Of a stretch of DNA of 64,000 bases, positions 53,014 through 60,152 are shown in pieces (position 1 is the stretch's first letter; every line of letters starts with the position of its first letter). This DNA comes from Minisyncoccota bacterium (GTDB lineage: Bacteria > Patescibacteriota > Minisyncoccia > Phycocordibacterales > GWA1-40-21). The notes beneath the pieces are model-generated. The model worked only from the letters and a program-made list of their open reading frames with translations. It was not told the DNA's origin and did no database searches. A program made the position numbers and the translations under genes. The DNA is taken from positions 482 to 64,481 of the forward strand of contig JBAYUW010000004.1 in the NCBI GenBank assembly GCA_041674925.1, in the 5' to 3' direction.

Positions 53014-53063
53014 CTAGAAAGTATAGCAAAGATTAAAAGTTTTTAACACTTATTAAATTTTAT

Positions 53064-53102
53064 ATAAAAAAAGAGCCCCAACGGTATCGTACCGTGAGAC
53101 TC
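53064..53102 (-). terminator. rho-independent terminator of cassette O
   Basis: Minus strand GAGUCUCACGGUAcgaUACCGUUGGGGCUC (13 bp, 1 bulge) followed by UUUUUUU. Confidence 0.7.
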
Positions 53103-53122
53103 ATTTGCAAGCATTTGTAGCC

Positions 53123-53386
53123 TTAGGACCGTGAAAGAAACAGAAGGAGTGCAGCGAAAATCGCGCCCACAATCCACAGTATGTGTTGAATTGTTCTTCT
53201 CCTCCTGACTATCGCCGAGCGTCCAGGCAGCCCCAGCTTCTGGCAGGAATGACATACGCCGTCCTTGTGGTGAATAGCGTACCATATTTCACCGCAATGT
53301 ATGCAAGGCTCTTTCCTTTCATTCTCCACCTGAGCGAGACTGTGGGCCAAATCAATAGCTGCATCATCCACACCAGGCTTATGCAT
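53123..53386 (-). CDS. zinc-ribbon protein with C-terminal TM anchor, 87 aa (GC-rich cassette O)
   Basis: CIHCG...CHSC, a basic stretch RRRR, then ILWIVGAIFAALLLFL. Confidence 0.5.
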   Translation of the reverse strand: MHKPGVDDAAIDLAHSLAQVENERKEPCIHCGEIWYAIHHKDGVCHSCQKLGLPGRSAIVRRRRTIQHILWIVGAIFAALLLFLSRS

Positions 53387-53420
53387 GATATTTCCTTTCG
53401 ATTGCGTTGAATCTATTTCG

Positions 53421-53448
53421 ATATTACATCATTCCACACAAAAGTCAA
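53421..53448 (-). promoter_or_regulatory. promoter TTGACT-N16-TAATAT (cassette O)
   Basis: Minus strand TTGACTtttgtgtggaatgatgTAATAT. Confidence 0.5.
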
Positions 53449-53464
53449 ATCACTAAAGAGCAAC

Positions 53465-53734
53465 TCATTTTCTCTTAACTATAAAAAATATCAGACGACC
53501 CATGAGTGAAAAAAGTAGAATGAAAACTATTGCTGCAGTAATATTAGATAGTGCTGTGGCGACAACGCTGCAATCACTGCTACCACTCATAATGTCAAAA
53601 TTTATCTGACATTTAAATAAAGTTTCAGCGAATGCGGCAGAAAGAAACAAAAAGATGATAGCAACAACAAATAAGAAACTGTTTCCGCCAAGACCAATAT
53701 CAGATATATTTAAAATGATATAAAAGATAGCCAA
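53465..53734 (-). CDS. small membrane protein, 89 aa
   Basis: Three hydrophobic helices, low GC, no motif. Confidence 0.35.
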   Translation of the reverse strand: MAIFYIILNISDIGLGGNSFLFVVAIIFLFLSAAFAETLFKCQINFDIMSGSSDCSVVATALSNITAAIVFILLFSLMGRLIFFIVKRK

Positions 53735-53817
53735 TATGACTATTCCAAAGATTGCCCCCTGAAGCCAGCCTCTTCGTAGATTTTCATATTACAAGAATTA
53801 TATCACAATTAATAATT

Positions 53818-54426
53818 TTATCTAAATGAATCGATAAGCTTATTAAACTCATCTAAATATATATTTTTTTTTGAATTACCACTATAATTATTAACATACT
53901 GATTATATTCCAACCCAATAAAAATATAACAATTATCACTTACAATCCCCCTCCCTTCATGAGCATATATACCTTCGAAAGTCCCCCACGGCTGATTATA
54001 TAGTACAAAATCTTTTTCAGCAGAAATTATTGTCCTTGGAAAGTCATCTTTTTTATTTTCTTCTTCAACCAACTTCAAATATTCTTCCTTAGTAGTTCCT
54101 AGTTCTTGTACACTAACAAAAAGCCTGGCCCCATCTATTAATGCGCCTTTAATTAGATTCTGTGTTCTATTACCATTCTGATCATAGGAAAAAGCGTATG
54201 GTCCATCTGGGATCATATAGTCACCATATGTTGTATCACTTGTTTGATACAAATATTCAATTTTTGTTGGTGTCTCAGCAGACCTTGTTGAACTGGAAAG
54301 TCTGAACGAGTCTGGGATCGGGTAGGTAATACCACAATCGAGCTTGTCGTGATTGTATCCACCGAAGAAGATAATTAGGAAAATAAGAATTACTCCTGGT
54401 ATTATAAGCTTGATCCATGTGGCCAT
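53818..54426 (-). CDS. membrane-anchored hypothetical protein, 202 aa
   Basis: N-terminal TM followed by a soluble domain. No motif recognised. Confidence 0.45.
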   Translation of the reverse strand: MATWIKLIIPGVILIFLIIFFGGYNHDKLDCGITYPIPDSFRLSSSTRSAETPTKIEYLYQTSDTTYGDYMIPDGPYAFSYDQNGNRTQNLIKGALIDGARLFVSVQELGTTKEEYLKLVEEENKKDDFPRTIISAEKDFVLYNQPWGTFEGIYAHEGRGIVSDNCYIFIGLEYNQYVNNYSGNSKKNIYLDEFNKLIDSFR

Positions 54427-54442
54427 AATTAATAAATTTTAA

Positions 54443-54652
54443 TTAAGATTTGTCGGTCAAATATTTCCCGGTAATACTCAGTGCGAATGAGGGAAGAATA
54501 ATAAATACTGTGGTAAACAATAATCTGATCAACATTTCACTTAAAGGAGAGTCTGGGGTGTCTGGTCCAGAGGCGGTAAGGATAATCAAAATACCAATGA
54601 TTCCAAAAAGGATGGATGAATAAATAAAAATTTTTGTAGCAATCTTTTGCAT
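54443..54652 (-). CDS. small two-TM membrane protein, 69 aa
   Basis: TGaTATACT lies 6 nt upstream of the ATG. Confidence 0.4.
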   Translation of the reverse strand: MQKIATKIFIYSSILFGIIGILIILTASGPDTPDSPLSEMLIRLLFTTVFIILPSFALSITGKYLTDKS

Positions 54653-54658
54653 GAATTA

Positions 54659-54667
54659 AGTATATCA
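54659..54667 (-). promoter_or_regulatory. extended -10 box TGaTATACT, 6 nt before ATG
   Basis: Minus strand tttTGaTATACTtaattcATG. Confidence 0.5.
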
Positions 54668-54912
54668 AAATTACAAAATAAATAACACTTTACTTTGGTT
54701 TGCAAATGCTCCACTGGTTAGAAAACGTTAGAACCTGTTTTGAGTATAAATAAGGGTTAATTGACGGGGGTGGTCATAAAGAATCATTTTTTACTCACAA
54801 CTCAAGACTGCCTATCTCTTGGACAATGTTGGAACCTCCGTTTTGGCAAAACAATAACAGCCCGTTCATACTTACTACTAAATTAGCAGGTGTGAACAAG
54901 CGTCGGAATAAA

Positions 54913-56844
54913 CTAAATCCCAGGTTGCGGAATCACTACGCGCTCACGACGCGAAGCGAGACGGGTAAGCTTATCTGAGAGCCGATAAATATAGATCTCG
55001 GGTCCGCCATTATATCGATCCACGCCTGCAACAAAAAACTCGTCACCCACCTTAAACAGAAAGTAGGTCATCCACTTGTAGGGGTGTAGGTGCTCTGTTT
55101 TCTTTTCGCAGAATTCAATAATCTGATCCTGTGTAAAACACAAACGATCAAGATCTACACCAAATCCACTGAAGATCTGCTGGAAAAGGCCATCATTGAT
55201 CATTTCCAGAACATGAACAGGAGTTGCAGGCCTTTCTTCACTCTCAATATCTGTTCCGTAATTGATGAAATCTTCATCAATATATCTAGGAAAAAGGTCT
55301 TTTGCTTTCGCAATCGTCTTTTTTCCGCTAGTAGGTCCAATTGTGATTATCTTACCCTCGGAGACCGAATGAAGATACGGATTTTCCTCTAATGTGTTAT
55401 TGTTTTCCAATCTATTCCTTTCGTCCTCCATTTCTTTTTTCGAGCTAATCATCTTGAGAACACTAATACCATTTTTTGTTGGAATGTACGCATGAGAAGA
55501 ATTACACCACCTCAGATCTGGGATATTAGGATGAGAAATTACTATTGGAATTAGTGGGTGTGGTGGATTAGTTTTGAAATAAAAAGGATTATCTGGAGAT
55601 GCCACTACAGCTTTTTTAAGCACTCCATCCTGCTGATCAAATAGTTTTTTAACTGACTCAATATATCTATTGTAAGTGGCGTTTCCTTCGCTAAAGCCAA
55701 ACATCGGTCTATTAAAATTATCAAAGACAGATAAGGGACTACTCTTATCTCTATCTAAATTCCAAATTCCTCCTTTCTGAACACTTAGACCGAAGCCGTG
55801 TATTAAAAAATTACCATCCTCAATATATGTTTGAAGTTTTTTGTAATCTCCCGGGTCATCAGATACTATTCTATCAATTTCACTTATTTCACCGTTAGGA
55901 CCAATAGAAGAAAATACAGTGTAGCCATAATCTTTTGTGCCATCGGATCTCACGGCCTCTCCAACCTCAGGGTCAAATATCTTCTGCATTAAGATTTTGT
56001 CAGAAAAACTCTCAAAACCTGGACCGTGGTATAGACTCATAACATGAATATTTTCTTTTTTAAAAAAAGAATTTCCTAATATATCGATAATATTTTTCAG
56101 CGTAGAGATTATTTTCCATATATTCTCTTCTAGTTCGTCGAGGCTTTTATTTTTATAACGAACGTAATGATCCGCTTTCAAAATATTGTTTCTAATAAAA
56201 TAGATCATTGTGTGATAATTATCAAAAGACTCAAGAGAATCTATAGAATTTAACTTTCTAAAATTAACAATATCTTCGTCAAGAGAAAAATTTTTATCTA
56301 AATTTTCAATATAAAGTTCTATTATCTCTTTAATTTCATTTATGGATAAAATCTGCGAAAAAATATCATTTATCTCTTTCCATGTCAATTCTTTTCTCAA
56401 ATACCCCTCAACTCCACCGGTCTCCTTAATTAAACGTTCTGGAAATTTAACTAATTTTTCCTTTGGAGTAACCTCTATACCATTTATAATGACTTTATGA
56501 AAAATAGATTCTATCTCATTCGCGCGTATATTAAAAGATTTTCTAATAATATCGGGCATTTCATTACCCATGATGAAGTCTCTATAATAATTACTTAGTG
56601 TATTACTAAAGAATCCGGGGTGCGTTTCACAATATTTATATATATCAAAATGCCTGAAACTATTTCTCTGTAAAAATTCTCTTATAAATTCTGCTTTTAC
56701 CTCATCTGGAGGAACATATTCATCAAATATTTTGGAATACTCCCATTTGGTTTTATCTTGCTGATTAATGAAATCGTCATACATTTGATTTGGATCCAGA
56801 ATATCACACTCCTCTTGTTTATTTTCTATTTTGAATGATTCCAT
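54913..56844 (-). CDS. large orphan cytoplasmic protein, 643 aa
   Basis: Uninterrupted 1.9-kb ORF with no signal peptide and no motif I recognise. Leaderless-type TGcTATATT box. Confidence 0.6.
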   Translation of the reverse strand: MESFKIENKQEECDILDPNQMYDDFINQQDKTKWEYSKIFDEYVPPDEVKAEFIREFLQRNSFRHFDIYKYCETHPGFFSNTLSNYYRDFIMGNEMPDIIRKSFNIRANEIESIFHKVIINGIEVTPKEKLVKFPERLIKETGGVEGYLRKELTWKEINDIFSQILSINEIKEIIELYIENLDKNFSLDEDIVNFRKLNSIDSLESFDNYHTMIYFIRNNILKADHYVRYKNKSLDELEENIWKIISTLKNIIDILGNSFFKKENIHVMSLYHGPGFESFSDKILMQKIFDPEVGEAVRSDGTKDYGYTVFSSIGPNGEISEIDRIVSDDPGDYKKLQTYIEDGNFLIHGFGLSVQKGGIWNLDRDKSSPLSVFDNFNRPMFGFSEGNATYNRYIESVKKLFDQQDGVLKKAVVASPDNPFYFKTNPPHPLIPIVISHPNIPDLRWCNSSHAYIPTKNGISVLKMISSKKEMEDERNRLENNNTLEENPYLHSVSEGKIITIGPTSGKKTIAKAKDLFPRYIDEDFINYGTDIESEERPATPVHVLEMINDGLFQQIFSGFGVDLDRLCFTQDQIIEFCEKKTEHLHPYKWMTYFLFKVGDEFFVAGVDRYNGGPEIYIYRLSDKLTRLASRRERVVIPQPGI

Positions 56845-56850
56845 ATTAAA

Positions 56851-56859
56851 AATATAGCA
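56851..56859 (-). promoter_or_regulatory. extended -10 box TGcTATATT, 6 nt before ATG
   Basis: Minus strand tttGcTATATTtttaatATG. Confidence 0.5.
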
Positions 56860-57072
56860 AATTATTGTACTCGAGACAAATTATTGAGAATATGTTGAAA
56901 AGTAAATGTGTATGATTTGGCTAACAAGATTGGTGTGACATAAATAGGATTCCGCCTTTTACCAAAGATAAAAAGTTCGAACCATCAGAATGGGTACCTC
57001 AAAACACCTTTGATTTATAGGGCTGAAACTTTTGCTCCGTGGGTAGGGATCGAACCTACGACCAATCGCTTA

Positions 57073-57653
57073 CATTTTGTCCAAAATTTCTTTTGGTATG
57101 GACTATATCATCATCCTTCATTTTATTGAGTGGGATGTGGGGCGCTTCGCTAGTCATCCTAAAATGACAGCTACTCTCTTGCGAGATAGTCTCTGAACCT
57201 TTACGTCAATCGACGCACTTGGCTGCTGATTGCCCACGACTTTCTTTAAAAAAGATACGTTTGGGTTTCCAGCAATTCACCTCATTTTTCATCCTAAATT
57301 ACTTTAGGAAGCTGCGTAATACCGTCATGTACTTCCATATGACAATTAGAACAGACCAGGACACATTTCTTAATTTCTCTCTCAATTTTTTCCCAAGAAC
57401 GAGTCAAACCCCTCGACGAGAGATCGAAATTTTTCTTCTTTGGATCAATATGATGGAAACTAAGTGCTCTCTGACATTTACTATAGCCACACAAAATACA
57501 CTTATTGCCTTTAGATGTTCTGGCCATCTCACGAAGTTTTCTTCTTCTTCGTTTAACAGCCTCTCGCATATAAACAGCACGGTCGGCATAAGTCCTTGTT
57601 TCTTTTTTGGTATACATATATGAAGTATACCAAGAAAATTAGAACTTCTCAAC
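57073..57653 (-). mobile_element. group I-like intron (~581 nt) with homing-endonuclease ORF
   Basis: 5' exon ends in U and the intron ends in G. AAGGUUCAGAGACUAUC (57185-57201) matches the conserved core of bacterial tRNA group I introns. The HNH ORF occupies the 5' part. Confidence 0.7.
57294..57617 (-). CDS. HNH homing endonuclease, 107 aa (intron-encoded)
   Basis: CILCGY..ALSFHHIDP..(N)..LVCSNCHMEVH: HNH motif with flanking Cys pairs. Basic N-terminus. Confidence 0.8.
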   Translation of the reverse strand: MYTKKETRTYADRAVYMREAVKRRRRKLREMARTSKGNKCILCGYSKCQRALSFHHIDPKKKNFDLSSRGLTRSWEKIEREIKKCVLVCSNCHMEVHDGITQLPKVI

Positions 57654-57773
57654 ACAGGCGATCGCTCTACCGCTGAGCTACCACGGAATATCTATTCAAT
57701 TGTAATGAACAGTGTTCTTGTCAGAACTCTCATATACTAACAGAAAGTCAGAGAAAAATAAAGAGGACAGCGA

Positions 57774-58637
57774 CTAGCGCTTGATTGGCAATTGCAAACA
57801 GAACGTCGAGCCCTTGTTCGGTCCGGGTGATTCGGCCCAGAGTTTACCGCCATGATGCTTGGTGATATTACGAGCGGTGTAGAGACCGAGACCCAAACCT
57901 TCAGTGTCGGCCAAACGTGCACTTTTGGAACGATAAAAATGTTTGAAAATTTTTCGACCATCAAAGAAGCCGAAACCGATGCCGTTATCTTTTATCTTTA
58001 GGGTGATGTATTTTTCTGAAACACCAAACAGAGCGTTGATTTGACCTTCACGTGGAGTGTATTTGAGAGCATTATCGATCAACATATCAACGACAAATTG
58101 TATTTTCGCTTTATCAATTATCACTAACGGTAATTCCCTATCGGAATCAACTGAGAATTTAATATTTTTATCGCGAATCATCGCTGAGTATTTATTCATC
58201 GACGTTGTGACAATTTCTCTCAAAGAGACAGCCTCAAAAGCATACTCCAACCGTCGATCAAACTTGGCGAAACCAACCAAGAGATCCACAATTTCCATCA
58301 GTCTCTCGTTAGCTTTTTCCATCTCCATTAAAAGATCTTTTTTCTCCAATAGAGTTATGTCTTTTTGCAGCATGTTTATCGTCCAGCGAATACCAGTCAG
58401 CGGGGTTCGAAATTTATGAGTAATGATGGTGATAAATTGATCCCGAGCTTTCGTATTTTCAATTTCACGATAAATAAATAACAAAATAATAACGATAATT
58501 AGAATAAGGGATAAAAATAGAATAACTGACTCATCAAGTAGGGCGAGACGAGTATCTTTAAAGAAGTTGATTCCCGTTAAAAAGACTAGGGATAGAGCCA
58601 AGAAAATGACGAACAAAAAACTATAGCTTCTTTTCAT
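57774..58637 (-). CDS. sensor histidine kinase
   Basis: Two TM helices, H-box ITHKFRTPLTGI, N box DNALKYT, G boxes DNGIGF and GLGLGLY. Start set at ATG 58637; the track starts at a TTG at 58658. Confidence 0.8.
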   Translation of the reverse strand: MKRSYSFLFVIFLALSLVFLTGINFFKDTRLALLDESVILFLSLILIIVIILLFIYREIENTKARDQFITIITHKFRTPLTGIRWTINMLQKDITLLEKKDLLMEMEKANERLMEIVDLLVGFAKFDRRLEYAFEAVSLREIVTTSMNKYSAMIRDKNIKFSVDSDRELPLVIIDKAKIQFVVDMLIDNALKYTPREGQINALFGVSEKYITLKIKDNGIGFGFFDGRKIFKHFYRSKSARLADTEGLGLGLYTARNITKHHGGKLWAESPGPNKGSTFCLQLPIKR

Positions 58638-58646
58638 AACTAGTTT

Positions 58647-58652
58647 ATTATA
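58647..58652 (-). promoter_or_regulatory. -10 box TATAAT, 9 nt before the kinase ATG
   Basis: Minus strand tgtatTATAATaaactagttATG. Confidence 0.4.
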
Positions 58653-58670
58653 ATACAAAAGACAGATTTG

Positions 58671-58679
58671 TGCTATAAT
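58671..58679 (+). promoter_or_regulatory. extended -10 box TGcTATAAT, 6 nt before ATG
   Basis: tgTGcTATAATaaacccATG. Confidence 0.5.
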
Positions 58680-58685
58680 AAACCC

Positions 58686-58982
58686 ATGGGATTATACAAT
58701 ATACTTTTCGGTGGTTCATCGAAACCCCGAGTGACAGAAAAAGAATTTAAAAGAACTAAATCAGAATTATACGCTGAGGGTTTTAGTAAAAGAGAACGAT
58801 CAAAAATTGACGAAATCTTTGGAGCTGATTTTAATATGCTCGGAACCGACAATCATCCTCGAGGCTTGGAAAGAGATGAAATAGACGCCCGAATAAAATG
58901 GATGAGGGCAAACAAAAGCAAACACGGCTTTAGTGATAGTGAGATTAGTGAAGTCGAGGCGGCTTTAAAGAAGAGACTCTAA
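58686..58982 (+). CDS. hypothetical protein, 98 aa
   Basis: MGLYNILFGGSSKPR.. Start moved to the ATG behind the extended -10 box. No motif recognised. Confidence 0.45.
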   Translation: MGLYNILFGGSSKPRVTEKEFKRTKSELYAEGFSKRERSKIDEIFGADFNMLGTDNHPRGLERDEIDARIKWMRANKSKHGFSDSEISEVEAALKKRL

Positions 58983-60152
58983 AACCTGCATTGTATCTTT
59001 CGCAATCTGACCCATCTCGTCAGTCTTTCGGACCAGGATTTTTACTTTTGAATCAACTGCTGAAATATCAACATCGATTGATTCACTGTTATCATTTTTT
59101 ATCTTATCTAATTTTACACCCAGACTTTCCAAACCGGAACAAATCTTTTCTCGCATCACAAACGATCGCTCGCCCACAGTGGCGGTGAAAATTAAAGTAT
59201 CTAAACCACCGAGCACAACAAAGTAAGAGCCAATATATTTTTGAAGATGGTAGGCATACATATCGAGAGCTAATTTGGCTTGACTGTTCCCTTCTTTTTC
59301 TAGTTTGATTAAATCGCGAACGTCCGAGCTTTTTCCACTAACGCCAAGTAGGCCACATCTTTTATTCAAATATTCTTTCAATTTTTTGCCTTTTAAGCCG
59401 AGATTATCGGTCAAGAAAGCCAAGACTCCGGGGTCGATATCGCCCGCCCGGGTCGCCATCATCACGCCTTCAAGGGGTGTAAAGCCCATAGAATTTTCCA
59501 CACATTTGCCATCTTTAATTGCCGTCACGCTCACACCGCTACCAATATGGCAGATAATCAAACGACTTGGTAAAACACCGCTTTCTTTTTGTAATTTATT
59601 TAAGACAGACTCGACTGAAATTCCATGATAACCGTATTTTTGAATATTAAATTTTTGTGAATCTTCAAAAGGTAGTCCATAATATTTAGCTTTATCAGGA
59701 ATCGTGTCGTGAAAATCGCTGTCAGATACTCCAACAATCGGAATATTTTTGAAAGTCTTTTTCAGGGTCTTAATCATTTCATAAGTTGGCAGAAGATGTA
59801 GCGGCGCATCGTGCACCATCTTTTTTATTTCTTTTTCATAAGCTTTATCGATAATTTTATCATCTTGGAAATGCTTACCGGGAGCCACGATTCTAATGCC
59901 AACACCGGCAATCTCCTTTTGGTTTATGATAATACCCTTCATGACAAAACCAGACAGAGCGTATTGTAAAGAATGCTCGAATTCTTTTTTGGTTAAAGTC
60001 TTAACCTCTTTCTGATTGTCAAAATAAAGTGTTCCGACATATTCAGCTCTTTCCAAATGCCAAAAACCCAAACACTTTTCTTTGGTATAGATAGCGTATT
60101 TTTCTGATGCACTTCCCCTATTTACAATTAAATATTTTTTTTCCATTGCCAT
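58965..60152 (-). CDS. ackA: acetate kinase
   Basis: 395 aa with VNRGSASEKY, GYHGIS, CHIGSGVS, TATVGE: acetate/propionate kinase motifs. Confidence 0.85.
   Translation of the reverse strand: MAMEKKYLIVNRGSASEKYAIYTKEKCLGFWHLERAEYVGTLYFDNQKEVKTLTKKEFEHSLQYALSGFVMKGIIINQKEIAGVGIRIVAPGKHFQDDKIIDKAYEKEIKKMVHDAPLHLLPTYEMIKTLKKTFKNIPIVGVSDSDFHDTIPDKAKYYGLPFEDSQKFNIQKYGYHGISVESVLNKLQKESGVLPSRLIICHIGSGVSVTAIKDGKCVENSMGFTPLEGVMMATRAGDIDPGVLAFLTDNLGLKGKKLKEYLNKRCGLLGVSGKSSDVRDLIKLEKEGNSQAKLALDMYAYHLQKYIGSYFVVLGGLDTLIFTATVGERSFVMREKICSGLESLGVKLDKIKNDNSESIDVDISAVDSKVKILVRKTDEMGQIAKDTMQVLESLL

Larger units (their letters stand above)
57035..57687 (-). tRNA. tRNA-Asn (anticodon GUU) interrupted by an intron (exons 57654-57687 and 57035-57072)
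   Basis: Joined exons give UCCGUGG UA GCUC AGCGGUA GAGC G AUCGC CUGU|UAA GCGAU UGGUC GUAGG UUCGAUC CCUAC CCACGGA G. U1-A72 and G73 match E. coli tRNA-Asn. Confidence 0.8.

Noticed and set aside
57219-57623. 134-aa plus-strand ORF antisense to the HNH gene, and the 83-aa minus ORF 57404-57655 in another frame
   Set aside because: Neither has a recognisable motif. The 107-aa minus ORF carries a complete HNH signature.
57035-57687. Alternative reading of the split tRNA as tRNA-His(GUG) or as an unsplit loop CUGUGUU
   Set aside because: The His reading needs G-1/C73, which are absent (U1-A72, G73). It would also put the splice site after a G instead of the U required for group I P1. The unsplit loop would put U at position 37. 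The Asn solution fits all constraints.
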